64,000 nucleotides of DNA. Origin: Deltaproteobacteria bacterium. Lineage in GTDB: Bacteria > Bdellovibrionota_B > Oligoflexia > Oligoflexales > CAIYRB01. Below, piece after piece: positions 1 to 9,283 of this stretch. The position numbers and the translations under genes are program-made. The notes under the pieces are model-generated. The model saw only the letters and a program-made list of their open reading frames with translations. It searched no databases and was not told the DNA's origin. The stretch is taken from NCBI GenBank assembly GCA_016874735.1, contig VGTI01000001.1:276466-340465 (forward strand), written 5' to 3'. The first letter of the stretch is position 1. Each line of letters starts with the position of its first letter.

Positions 1-2
1 AT

Positions 3-986
3 TCTTATTACTTCAGTCGTCAGAAGCCCAATTCTCATGCTTCCACAGAGTACCTAAGACTACGTAAAGATTTCTTCTGCATCATGAATTCCCCGCCATG
101 GATGAAGTGGCAATCATTTGCCCTGTGGGAAGAGATGCGCCACATGGGGGCCTGGCACACCAGTAATCACGAGGCTGAGTTTGATCAAGATATCGATGTC
201 AATCACGAAGAAACTTATGACGTTGATTTTCAATTTCTCGGCTTTGTCAAAGAGCTAGCTGGATTCCTGCAGGTGAGCATCGATTCTAGCGCGATGGAGA
301 GTTTTCACATCCATTTTTCGCCGCGTGGCGATTTTCTCTCGCACATCATGCGTGATGGTGGATTTGAGCAGCTTGAGGCCAATCGTATCATCGGTAGAGC
401 TGGTGGTGACGGTGTATATTTTCTCGCACGCACTAATACAGTGTTGCTTGCCGATATCTCAATCAATAACCTAGCTGAAGCCGCAGGGCAATATCTGCAT
501 AGTTTGCTCAGTGGATTCGATGACTATAGTGACAGCAAGAGCGATGAATTTCTTCGGCGGATTGTAAAAGCAACAATGGGTATGCTTGCATCTAAGATTC
601 TCAATCCACGCCGTAAGTGCATGGAGCTTCACCACTATCGGCAACTCGCAAGGCGACAGCGCGGTATCAAAGGTAGCCAACGCTCCGACATGCGGGCCCG
701 CGCGACGAGCGGCATTTTGCGGTTTGATCGATGGATGGAGATTGCGCTAGCAAAAGATGACAAAGTACAACCACCGATACCACGGTCTCTGCTACAACTC
801 GATGCAGACAGTGACTATCACTTTAGCCGGGCAATAGGTCAGATGTTGGGATTTGCCCTGTATAAAAAAGTTATCGCCAATAAGATCACGACGGTTCAGG
901 TCAAAAGATTTTTTCGACGTAATCACAGTAGCACTCAGTCGCTCTGGAACGATGTCGTTTGGCTTTATAAACTCATGCAGAATTAG
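3..986 (+). CDS. hypothetical protein, probably 5'-partial (frame open to window edge)
   Basis: ORF track gives 84..986 (300 aa). Reading codons back from ATG-84 to nt 3 gives no stop (SYYFSRQKPNSHASTEYLRLRKDFFCI-M...), so the true start may lie upstream of the window. No motif recognised. Confidence 0.5.
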   Translation, partial: SYYFSRQKPNSHASTEYLRLRKDFFCIMNSPPWMKWQSFALWEEMRHMGAWHTSNHEAEFDQDIDVNHEETYDVDFQFLGFVKELAGFLQVSIDSSAMESFHIHFSPRGDFLSHIMRDGGFEQLEANRIIGRAGGDGVYFLARTNTVLLADISINNLAEAAGQYLHSLLSGFDDYSDSKSDEFLRRIVKATMGMLASKILNPRRKCMELHHYRQLARRQRGIKGSQRSDMRARATSGILRFDRWMEIALAKDDKVQPPIPRSLLQLDADSDYHFSRAIGQMLGFALYKKVIANKITTVQVKRFFRRNHSSTQSLWNDVVWLYKLMQN

Positions 987-992
987 TCGCGG

Positions 993-2381
993 CTACGACG
1001 CAGGCTGACTGGCGACCGTGTATACTGCGCGCGTTGCATAAATGATCTGGCCGCTTGCGTCGATGAGGCAAGCCGTATAGTGGTAGGCGACAGCGGCAGC
1101 AGTAAGGTCATCGTGGATATGGACTGGGCCCGCAATTAGCTGAGAAATCGTGGTGATCGGTGTGTCAAAGGGTGAGTCGCAGCTGAGGCTCGGCAGGCCA
1201 GCAGCAGCAGCGCGCCGTCTAATCGCGATATAGGCGCCGTCAAAGGAGCCGCTAGGGGGCGTGATTGTGAGCTCGATACCACCTGCAGGACCAGTAGCTG
1301 ACTTTGCTTCGATCATTGGTGGAGGTTCGGCGATACAGTAAAGTGACCTTTGGAGGTCACATCCCCCAGGGCCGCCACCACTGAGCCATCCCGCCCCTGT
1401 GAGTGTCGAGGAATCGCCCGTCTGCCCAAACGCGGCAGCACTTGACGAGCCCCAATTGTTACAGGTCAGTCCGGCCAAAAACGAGCCATCACTCTGGGTA
1501 CCTGTCCACACAGGGGACTGTGTTGGGTTACCGGTGGCATCCAAAATGGGTCCGCTACTTTCGCTGAGGCCAATGTTCCAAAATGTAGCCTCGTCGGCAA
1601 ATAGCGTATGGAAGGCATTGGTGACGCTGTAGTCGGAGGCAGCAATCTGCCCTAGAATGCGTACGCGGGACTTCGCCCCGACGTGTTCATCCGAGAGAAC
1701 GGCGCGCCAGCGCTGCTCGCGCCGCAAGTGAATACGGGGGCTTCTATTGGCAAATTGCTGGCAGCGGTCATCTGCTGCCCCTGCCCCACCGCCAAGATTG
1801 CCAGGCACTGTTGGTGCCGTTGTGAACATAATTTGCGGTTTAGTGGAGGATGCCTGTGGCGCCGCGATTCTCAAGACACTGCTGTCTTGATCGAAAAGGC
1901 ACGCGCTGTAGCTAAACAACTGACCGGCAGCATCGGTTTGGTCTGTGAAGGTGATGGGATTAATTGATTGATCGCTATAAGCGCCGATGACTACACCTTC
2001 GTCGCAGTTGGGCGCGGCGCTGCCGGATTGGCGGTGCATCTCGATTTTGGTCCAGTCTCTTTTGGTACCGAGTTCTAGGGTGATCTGGTTGCTGCCTACT
2101 ACCGGTCCGGTGGTCGCCTGTAAAGTGGGTGGAACAGACTCTGGTTCATTAGGTCCCGAGGGCTCAGGCCCAGGGGGAGGCGTGCTAGCCGGAGTGGGGT
2201 CGGGGTTCGTACTTGGGTCTAATGGCGGTAATGCTACCACATCGGCGACTTTTTGCGGACGATTCCCGCCTTGCGTGCGGACGTCCAGGCTGGCCCGCCC
2301 CAGCCTCTGCCATGCGCCGCAGGACTGAAATAGGGCAGTTCCACCTATCGCTAAGACTATCAGACGCCATTGAGCTTTCAC
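993..2381 (-). CDS. secreted/lipoprotein-like protein: FN3-like module, DUF1554-like (C-type-lectin-fold) core, FN3-like module
   Basis: 462-aa ORF with a GTG start and GGAGA 7 nt upstream. Signal peptide MKAQWRLIVLAIGGTALFQSC, then a Pro-rich linker. The core MFTT..GNLGG..ADDRCQ..WRAVLS..VWTGT..CNNW..RSLYCIAEP matches the DUF1554 pattern as I remember it. Confidence 0.65.
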   Translation of the reverse strand: MKAQWRLIVLAIGGTALFQSCGAWQRLGRASLDVRTQGGNRPQKVADVVALPPLDPSTNPDPTPASTPPPGPEPSGPNEPESVPPTLQATTGPVVGSNQITLELGTKRDWTKIEMHRQSGSAAPNCDEGVVIGAYSDQSINPITFTDQTDAAGQLFSYSACLFDQDSSVLRIAAPQASSTKPQIMFTTAPTVPGNLGGGAGAADDRCQQFANRSPRIHLRREQRWRAVLSDEHVGAKSRVRILGQIAASDYSVTNAFHTLFADEATFWNIGLSESSGPILDATGNPTQSPVWTGTQSDGSFLAGLTCNNWGSSSAAAFGQTGDSSTLTGAGWLSGGGPGGCDLQRSLYCIAEPPPMIEAKSATGPAGGIELTITPPSGSFDGAYIAIRRRAAAAGLPSLSCDSPFDTPITTISQLIAGPVHIHDDLTAAAVAYHYTACLIDASGQIIYATRAVYTVASQPAS

Positions 2382-2550
2382 GGCTAAATCTCCGACCTAT
2401 GTCTGAGCTGCTGATCGGAGTAGGGAGCGTTAGTATTTAGTTCATTGATATGGTCATAATGGCAAAAAGTGGGGAGTTGTCCCAGCCTCATGTTAGATTA
2501 TTCTGGATCCCGTCAGGCGGGATTCTGAAGGAACACCAACCGAAGAGTGT

Positions 2551-3930
2551 GTGATGCGTCCACTAAGCATACTAGTCGTTGACGATGAGCAACTGCAACG
2601 CGAGACACTTGCGTCGATCTTGTCTGAGGACGGCTATCACGTAACCACCGCTAGCGATGTCCATGCGGCTGCCGAGGCCTTGACAGAGGGCAATTTTGAG
2701 GCGGTCCTTACGGATTTTAGGATGCCCGGCGGATCCGGGCTTGATGTCGCTCGCAAATCTAGTGAAGTGTGTCCCGAGGCTGCCATTCTCGTTATGACGG
2801 CCTATGCCGATGTTCAGGGTGTGATCGACGCCATGAGACTTGGGGTTGTTGACTACTTGCTAAAGCCGCTCAACGTTGAGTCATTGCTGCGAAGACTAGC
2901 GATCATCCGTGATCGACGTGCATTGCAGCTTGAGGTCAACTTTCTCCGCGGTGAAATGAACAGACAGACTGATCCTGGCACCTTGCTCGGTGAGTCAGCT
3001 CCGATGCTCGAAATTGGCAAGATCATCGAGCAAGTGGCGCAAACCCGCGGGACGGTGCTGATCACAGGGGAAAGTGGTACTGGCAAAGAGGTCGTGGCTC
3101 GCTCCATTCACCGGATGAGTCCTCAGGCGACCAATAAATTTGTCGCTATAAACTGCGGCGCCCTGCCGGAAAACTTGCTGGAGAGTGAGCTCTTCGGCCA
3201 TAAAAAGGGGGCCTTTACGGGGGCGCTGGCAGACAAGCAGGGGCTTTTTGCTGTCGCAAGTGAGGGCACACTCTTTCTCGATGAAATTGGCGAGATGCCG
3301 AAAAACCTCCAGGTTAAACTCTTACGCGCGCTCCAGGAGAGGGAGATCACACCGGTTGGTGATACTAAATCGATCAAGGTGAATTTGCGTGTCATCGCCG
3401 CAACCAACCGTGATTTGGCAGCAGAGGTGGCGCAAGGTCATTTTCGACAAGATCTCTTCTACCGCCTGAATGTGGTAGAGATAAAGATGCCACCACTGCG
3501 CGAGCGTCGTGATGATATCCCTATGCTAGCCCGCCATTTTGTCGAGAAATATACGAAAGAGCTAGGACGACCCATGCGCCCCCTGTCCAGTGACGCTATC
3601 CGGCATCTTGTATCCTATCCTTGGCCAGGAAATGTTCGAGAACTTGAAAACATCATCGAACGCGCCATTATTCTCAGTAAAAATCAAGATCGCATCGATG
3701 TGGACGACTTCCCGGTGACGCTTACCGCATCATCGCAGGCGTCGACGCTACCGCAGAAGTTGGACGACGCACTAAGGGTCTTCGCGCGGGATCACATACT
3801 ACAGGTACTATCGAGTGTGTCTGGTGATAAAAAGGAGGCCGCTAAAGCCCTTGGTATGAGTCTATCAAGCCTATACAGAAAACTAGAGGAACTCGATATC
3901 TCCTCAAAACGCTTGGATGATCCGCGGTGA
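2551..3930 (+). CDS. sigma-54-dependent response regulator (NtrC/AtoC family enhancer-binding protein)
   Basis: REC domain (LSILVVDDE, DFRMPGGSG). AAA+ sigma-54 interaction domain (GESGTGKE Walker A, GAFTGA loop as KKGAFTGA, RQDLFYRLNV). C-terminal Fis-type HTH (KKEAAKALGMSLSSLYRKL). Confidence 0.92.
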   Translation: MMRPLSILVVDDEQLQRETLASILSEDGYHVTTASDVHAAAEALTEGNFEAVLTDFRMPGGSGLDVARKSSEVCPEAAILVMTAYADVQGVIDAMRLGVVDYLLKPLNVESLLRRLAIIRDRRALQLEVNFLRGEMNRQTDPGTLLGESAPMLEIGKIIEQVAQTRGTVLITGESGTGKEVVARSIHRMSPQATNKFVAINCGALPENLLESELFGHKKGAFTGALADKQGLFAVASEGTLFLDEIGEMPKNLQVKLLRALQEREITPVGDTKSIKVNLRVIAATNRDLAAEVAQGHFRQDLFYRLNVVEIKMPPLRERRDDIPMLARHFVEKYTKELGRPMRPLSSDAIRHLVSYPWPGNVRELENIIERAIILSKNQDRIDVDDFPVTLTASSQASTLPQKLDDALRVFARDHILQVLSSVSGDKKEAAKALGMSLSSLYRKLEELDISSKRLDDPR

Positions 3931-5738
3931 GGTGGCCACGTCCCTTACGAAGGATCGGCTGGCGTATATTTACGCTTTTCGGGCTGCTGCTGGTCGGCGT
4001 GGCATTATTATTCAGTGTCACGGGACTTAAGTTTGCCGATGAGACGATCAGAGCTAATGCCGAGAACGAGCTGCGTATCATGTCGATCAACTTATCGCGG
4101 CAGGTACAAAGGCAGCTCAACCACATTGAGGAGACTCTAGACTCACTGGAGAACCACGGTTTTCTACTAGAGGAACTGCGACGAAGTGAGCCAAATAAAA
4201 CGGAGATCGAAGAGTTTTTACAGAATAGGCTCACCTCACTAGCGCTATTTGAAGAGCTAGCGGTCTACAATCGCAACGGTACCTGTGTCGGCGCTACCGA
4301 TCCAAGCTGGTACGACATACCCGGGAAGCAGCAAGCGTTCTTTATCTCTGGACTGCGCCAGTTTAACTTCTCGGATATCTACACATCCGATGAAGGGAAG
4401 ATTCAGCTCGTATCGACGCCGATTAGCAATGGCACCATCACCAAAGGTGTCTTGGTGGGACAAGTCAACATGTCCTGGATCTATGATGTGATGGATCAGC
4501 AGCTTGGGGTGCTGCCGAATACTGATGCCTTTTTGATCGATTCAGCACTTCGGTTTATTACCCCGGGTAAGACCGGTATCGACCGACTCCTGGAGAGTCA
4601 TTTGATTGCGACGCCACTCATTAAGCACTTAAATCAGGAGTTTTGGGTAGGTCAGTACCCCAACTTCAACGGCAGTCAGGTGTTAGGTACGGTATCTAAG
4701 ATTCCCAACCGCCGCTGGTACGTTGTTGTTGAGCGGGATCTGGTCGAGGTCACGCGCCCTATCAAATCGGCTGCAAAAGTTATTCTCGCTGCGACCGTGG
4801 TCCTGATTGGACTGCTCATACTGCTCACCTATTTGTTAACAAGATCGATCACGCGTCCACTTATGACGCTCGTTGATGGGGCGCAACGTGTGGCTACAGG
4901 TGATTTTGCGCAGCCATTCACTATTCCCGAAGGTATTGACGAGGTGGCCTTTCTCGCTTCTGAATTCGATAAGATGCGCAGTAAAGTTGCGGCTTTTCAA
5001 GAACGGATACTCGAGCGCCTAGAGGAGAGCGAGCGTAAACTCATAGACAGTGAGCGACTCGCTGCTATCGGCACGCTGGCATCTAGTTTGGCGCATGAAA
5101 TTCGTAATCCCCTCAATGCTATGTCCCTGCTCCTGTCGCGCCTAGAGCTAGCCAAAAGCAGCGATGCCGTGAGAGTGCAGGTCACTAAAGATCTGCGCGG
5201 GGAAATAGGTCGCCTTGACCGTTTAGTTTCAAGCATCCTTGATTATGCTCGTCCCCTAAACTTGCAATTGCAGACAACCGATCTGGGGGCCTTAGTGAAG
5301 AATACCGTAGAGCTTTATCGAGGCGTTTTTGAGGGTAAGCAGATTCGCTGTGACGTCATTGTAAGTCCCAAGCAGTTGAAGCTAAATCTCGATCCAGACC
5401 GGGTCAAACAGGCTTTAGTAAATCTCATACAAAATGCCGTGGAAGCGATGTCGATCAATGGCCGATTAACAGTGGACGTGCAAGCCGATGGTAATGCGGC
5501 GAAAGTCATCCTGCGCGACGATGGTATCGGACTGCCCTCGCATCCAGCTGGCAGGCTGTTTGACCTCTTCTTTACAACCAAGGAGAAAGGTACCGGACTA
5601 GGACTCAGTACAGTCAAAAAGATTATGGATGCGCACCGCGGCGAAGTGGCTATCGGACCCAGAAGTGACCTCGCGGGGGGTAGCAGGCAGCGTGGGTCAG
5701 AGGTAGCCTTGAGTTTTCCGCTAAATTCTCAAATTTGA
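3927..5738 (+). CDS. sensor histidine kinase with periplasmic sensor domain and HAMP
   Basis: N-terminal TM, a periplasmic region of about 270 aa, a second TM, then HAMP. H-box SSLAHEIRNPLN, N box LIQNAVEAM, G boxes DDGIGL and GTGLGLS. GTGA start/stop overlap with the regulator gene. Confidence 0.9.
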   Translation: MRWPRPLRRIGWRIFTLFGLLLVGVALLFSVTGLKFADETIRANAENELRIMSINLSRQVQRQLNHIEETLDSLENHGFLLEELRRSEPNKTEIEEFLQNRLTSLALFEELAVYNRNGTCVGATDPSWYDIPGKQQAFFISGLRQFNFSDIYTSDEGKIQLVSTPISNGTITKGVLVGQVNMSWIYDVMDQQLGVLPNTDAFLIDSALRFITPGKTGIDRLLESHLIATPLIKHLNQEFWVGQYPNFNGSQVLGTVSKIPNRRWYVVVERDLVEVTRPIKSAAKVILAATVVLIGLLILLTYLLTRSITRPLMTLVDGAQRVATGDFAQPFTIPEGIDEVAFLASEFDKMRSKVAAFQERILERLEESERKLIDSERLAAIGTLASSLAHEIRNPLNAMSLLLSRLELAKSSDAVRVQVTKDLRGEIGRLDRLVSSILDYARPLNLQLQTTDLGALVKNTVELYRGVFEGKQIRCDVIVSPKQLKLNLDPDRVKQALVNLIQNAVEAMSINGRLTVDVQADGNAAKVILRDDGIGLPSHPAGRLFDLFFTTKEKGTGLGLSTVKKIMDAHRGEVAIGPRSDLAGGSRQRGSEVALSFPLNSQI

Positions 5739-5761
5739 GAAACTGGCCGAGAAAAATTCTC
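5726..5761 (+). promoter_or_regulatory. two adjacent TTCTC/GAGAA palindromes (candidate enhancer/UAS sites)
   Basis: TTCTCAAATTTGAGAA (5726..5741, perfect 16-bp palindrome spanning the kinase stop codon) and GAGAAAAATTCTC (5749..5761). They lie about 90-120 bp upstream of the -24/-12 element at 5847. Confidence 0.3.
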
Positions 5762-5846
5762 AGAACTGCGACTTCTTGGCTACCCGGCCAGAATTATTAG
5801 GCAATTATTTCAGCTGGTTATTCTGGCAGGTGGGGTCGGTGCGTAT

Positions 5847-5862
5847 TGGCCACAATCCTGCA
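5847..5862 (+). promoter_or_regulatory. sigma-54-type -24/-12 promoter candidate
   Basis: TGGCCACAATCCTGCA: GG and GC dinucleotides at the canonical spacing (consensus TGGCACG-N4-TTGCA). About 60 nt upstream of the small ORF start at 5925. Confidence 0.35.
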
Positions 5863-5924
5863 AGGAGTAAGGTTATTGGCCGGTATTGAATCGGCAACGA
5901 ACTTTCATCCGAAGGAGTATGACT

Positions 5925-6188
5925 ATGCTTTTCCGTAACATCCTCGTTGGCGTTTCCCTTGCCGCTCTCACCAGCTCGGTAGCAATGGCAAAAGGCGCAA
6001 AAAAAGAGCCAAACTGTGAAGTGAATGGCAAAAAAGTCTACGTGAAAGACGAAGCTGCTTGCACCAAGAAGCATGGCACCTGGGCCGCTCCAGCTGCTGA
6101 GCCAGCTGCTGCTGAGCCAGCTGCTGCAGCACCCGCTGCTGAGACCGCTCCTGCTGCAGGCGACGCTCATGGAGAAGGCCATAAATAA
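5925..6188 (+). CDS. small secreted protein with Ala/Pro/Glu-rich tail
   Basis: The ORF track starts at TTG 5886. I prefer ATG 5925, which has GAAGGAG 7 nt upstream. Signal peptide MLFRNILVGVSLAALTSSVAMA, two Cys residues, then a PAAEPAAAEPAAAAPAAETAPAAG tail. A strong terminator follows. Confidence 0.55.
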   Translation: MLFRNILVGVSLAALTSSVAMAKGAKKEPNCEVNGKKVYVKDEAACTKKHGTWAAPAAEPAAAEPAAAAPAAETAPAAGDAHGEGHK

Positions 6189-6218
6189 TTAGGCCGACTT
6201 CTCTGAGAAGAGATGCTA

Positions 6219-6253
6219 GCCACTGGGCGTATGCCTAGTGGCTCTTTTTGTTT
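6219..6253 (+). terminator. rho-independent terminator
   Basis: GCCACTGGGC-GTAT-GCCTAGTGGC (10-bp stem including one G:U pair, 4-nt loop) followed by TCTTTTTGTTT. Confidence 0.7.
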
Positions 6254-6620
6254 ACTGGCGGCGTTTAACTTGGGTGACTATTCCGATACGTTCGAGTGCC
6301 CTGATCAGTATCATTGTTGGATCAATTTCCCACCACTTGATGCCTGCACGGGCCACATCGGGAAAGGCATGGTGGTTATTGTGCCAACCCTCCCCAAAGG
6401 CGACCACTGCAACCCACCAGGTGTTGGTTGAACCATCATCGGAGTCAAAGTTGCGGTAAGTAGCAACAATCCGAGCGCACACTTGCAGTGTGATTTGCTG
6501 GATGTCTTTAGAAAGCCAACTCGGGTATGGATCCGCATAGCCTACAAGAAAAACGTCGATTTCTCCGTGATTCACCGGAGAGACCGCCCCAGCTTTTGTG
6601 CTTGCAATCGCTTGACTCAT
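6252..6620 (-). pseudogene. orphan C-terminal fragment of a Delta9 (DesC-type) acyl-CoA/lipid desaturase
   Basis: 122-aa ORF with GGAGG 7 nt upstream of its ATG. Only the last ~65 aa look desaturase-like (WWVAVVAFGEGWHNNHHAFP..WWEIDPT = third His box region). The first two His boxes and the TM segments are absent, and only 271 bp lie upstream. Confidence 0.5.
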
Positions 6621-6891
6621 GGAAATCCTCCAGAGTGATCCACTAAATGCGCGCGCTTTTCGGTATTTTCGGCGTTTCCCTTAACATCTTCTTTGTAATT
6701 AATTGGTAAAAGCGCCATTTTTTCGGTCATCTGACCGGTGTCTTTCGGCAGATTCAGATGTTACGGTGCTCTTTTACAGATTGGTGACATTCTTTTTACA
6801 GGTGGAGATAAAGAATCTTCCGATAACGGGGTTATAGTGGTGCTAACCGAGTGATTCGGCGTCCTGCACCCATTAGTCCGGGGGTAGTCAT

Positions 6892-7677
6892 ATGATTATC
6901 GTCTATTTTTTCATTGCCCACTACTTCTTATCTATCTTCTGCCAGACCTTCTTCCTGCATAGGTACGGCGCGCACCAGATGTTCACGATGAACAAGTTCT
7001 GGGAGCGTTTTTTTCATCTTCTCACTTATGTGGCTCAGGGTTCGTCTTACCTGAATCCTCGTGGTTATGCGCTTTTGCACAGGCAGCATCACGCTTATAG
7101 CGATACTCCGCGCGATCCGCATACCCCCACCATGTACGGCAACGTGATGGCGATGATGTGGGATACGAAGAAACGATACCAAGATATCTGCGAGCGCACG
7201 GTCGAGGTGGAAGGAGCGTTTACGAGGGAGCGGTACCCGGAGTGGCCGCTACTTGACAAAATCGGATTTAACCGGCTATCAAGCGTGGCTTGGGTAGTCT
7301 TTTACGTAGCGTTCTATGCTACATTTGCTACTGCCTGGTGGCAGTGGTTGCTACTGCCCGTCCAGATCCTGATGGGGCCGGTGCATGGTGCGATCGTCAA
7401 CTGGTGTGGTCACAAGTACGGCTACCGCAACTTTAAAGTGAGCGATCAGTCACGCAACACGCTGCCGTTTGATTTTGTCACGTTCGGCGAGCTTTTCCAA
7501 AACAACCATCATCGGTTCGGGCTAGACCCCAATTTCGCCAAACGTTGGTTCGAGATCGATCCTACCTACCAGATCATCAAGGTGCTTGCTGCATTACATA
7601 TTGTAAAGTTGCCACCGAAGAAACAAAATGAAGTGGAAGAAATCAGAGTGGTTGTTCCCTTCGCCGAGGCAAAATAG
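6892..7677 (+). CDS. membrane fatty-acid desaturase (short acyl-CoA desaturase-like type)
   Basis: His boxes HRYGAH, HRQHH and QNNHH. Motif NWCGHKYGYRNF. Hydrophobic segments. Confidence 0.85.
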   Translation: MIIVYFFIAHYFLSIFCQTFFLHRYGAHQMFTMNKFWERFFHLLTYVAQGSSYLNPRGYALLHRQHHAYSDTPRDPHTPTMYGNVMAMMWDTKKRYQDICERTVEVEGAFTRERYPEWPLLDKIGFNRLSSVAWVVFYVAFYATFATAWWQWLLLPVQILMGPVHGAIVNWCGHKYGYRNFKVSDQSRNTLPFDFVTFGELFQNNHHRFGLDPNFAKRWFEIDPTYQIIKVLAALHIVKLPPKKQNEVEEIRVVVPFAEAK

Positions 7678-7742
7678 GCCGGTTGGCCCGCTTGACCTTC
7701 CGTGGGGACACTTGGATCCCCCTCCCCCGGAGGACAGTCGCC

Positions 7743-8972
7743 GTGCAGGATGAAAAACAAAGTCGAGATCGTCGGTCCTTCCTTCAGAAAGCGAGTTTGC
7801 TCCTGGCAGCCGGTACGGTTGATGGAATTTTTTCATCAGCTTTGGCCAAAAGTGTGGTCTTGCCTTTTGCCAATGGTGAGCGCCCTTTGGTTGCTTATCC
7901 TCAGAAGCGTCCCCTGATACGTCAAACGACGCGCCCCCCTCAGCTAGAGACACCTTTTAGTGTATTCAAAGAGGGTGTCCTCACGCCCAATGATGCGTTC
8001 TTCGTCCGCTATCACCTAGCTAATGTACCTCTGTCTATCGATATCGAATCCTACCGCCTGAATGTATCAGGCCTAGTGGACCGCCCATTGTCTTTGTCTC
8101 TAACCGAATTGCGCACACAATTCAAAGAATCCGAGATTGTTGCTGTCAATCAGTGCTCTGGAAATAGCCGCGGGTTTGTCGAACCGCGGGTGGGTGGCGG
8201 TCAACTTGCTAACGGTGCCATGGGTAATGCCAAGTGGCGCGGCATTCCCCTTAAACTCGTGCTCGACCGAGCTGGAGTTAAGTCTGGAGCGCGGCAAGTC
8301 ACGTTCAATGGCTTGGATGCACCACTCTTGCCGACGACGCCAGATTTCATCAAGGCGCTAGACATCGTTCACGCTCGCGATGGTGAGGTGCTGCTCGCGT
8401 ATGCCATGAACGATGCTGATTTACCGCTACTCAATGGCTACCCACTGCGTCTTGTCGTGCCCGGATATTACGGTACTTACTGGGTTAAGCATCTGAGTGA
8501 CATTCATGTGGTGGATCAAGAGTTCCAGGGATTCTTCATGGGTAAGGGCTACCGCATCCCCGACAATGACTGTGGCTGTGTCGTACCAGGTACTACTGCA
8601 AAGACGACAAGACCCATCGGCAAAATGGTAGTGCGGTCCTTCATCACTAGCCTCGAGCCAGGTGCGGCCCTGCGCGTTGGGCAAGTCACCGCGGTACATG
8701 GTATTGCTTTTGACGGTGGTAGCGGGATCCGCGCCGTCGATTTGTCGCTTGATAACGGCACTACTTGGCAAAGTGCAAAGCTTGGACGCGACTACGGGCG
8801 CTACTCATTCAGGCCCTGGCGATTTGATCTCACTTTAAACACTAAGGGCAGTCACCACCTTTTGGTCCGCGCTAGCGCTAATGATGGACAGGTTCAGCCG
8901 ATGGAAGCTACTTGGAACCCCTCTGGCTACCGACGCAATGTGATCGAATCGTTACCTGTGGTGGCAATATGA
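7743..8972 (+). CDS. sulfite-oxidase-family molybdoenzyme (SorA-like), Tat-exported
   Basis: The ORF track starts at TTG 7683. I prefer GTG 7743, which has GGAGGA 8 nt upstream. Twin-arginine signal SRDRRSFLQKASLLLAAG, Mo-ligand Cys motif NQCSGNSRG, C-terminal dimerisation-type domain. Confidence 0.8.
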   Translation: MQDEKQSRDRRSFLQKASLLLAAGTVDGIFSSALAKSVVLPFANGERPLVAYPQKRPLIRQTTRPPQLETPFSVFKEGVLTPNDAFFVRYHLANVPLSIDIESYRLNVSGLVDRPLSLSLTELRTQFKESEIVAVNQCSGNSRGFVEPRVGGGQLANGAMGNAKWRGIPLKLVLDRAGVKSGARQVTFNGLDAPLLPTTPDFIKALDIVHARDGEVLLAYAMNDADLPLLNGYPLRLVVPGYYGTYWVKHLSDIHVVDQEFQGFFMGKGYRIPDNDCGCVVPGTTAKTTRPIGKMVVRSFITSLEPGAALRVGQVTAVHGIAFDGGSGIRAVDLSLDNGTTWQSAKLGRDYGRYSFRPWRFDLTLNTKGSHHLLVRASANDGQVQPMEATWNPSGYRRNVIESLPVVAI

Positions 8973-9280
8973 AGACACTATGGATAGCGCTGGCGCTCAT
9001 GCTGGTAACTGAAGGCGTTAAGGCCAATGTTGCGATCTCGTTACCTGAAGAGTCAGCTGTATATCGTAATGGTCCCGGCGTTGATATGGCCAATGCCTAT
9101 TGCATGGGGTGTCATTCTGCGGATTACGTCCTCACCCAGCCTCCTGGCATGCCACGTGCATTCTGGACGGCAGAGGTAAAAAAGATGAAAGAGGTTTTCG
9201 GCGCACCCGTCCCTGATGATCAGGTTAAAGGCATTGTCGACTATTTAGTAAACACTTACGGCGATGCCAGAAAAAAGTGA
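8969..9280 (+). CDS. monoheme cytochrome c (SorB-like partner)
   Basis: ATGA overlap with the preceding gene. Signal peptide MKTLWIALALMLV. Single CMGCH heme-binding motif. Confidence 0.8.
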   Translation: MKTLWIALALMLVTEGVKANVAISLPEESAVYRNGPGVDMANAYCMGCHSADYVLTQPPGMPRAFWTAEVKKMKEVFGAPVPDDQVKGIVDYLVNTYGDARKK

Positions 9281-9283
9281 TCT

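Noticed and set aside
6213-6459. Plus-strand ORFs 6213..6431 and 6238..6459
   Set aside because: They start inside or next to the terminator hairpin and are antisense to the desaturase-like fragment, which carries a clear conserved motif.
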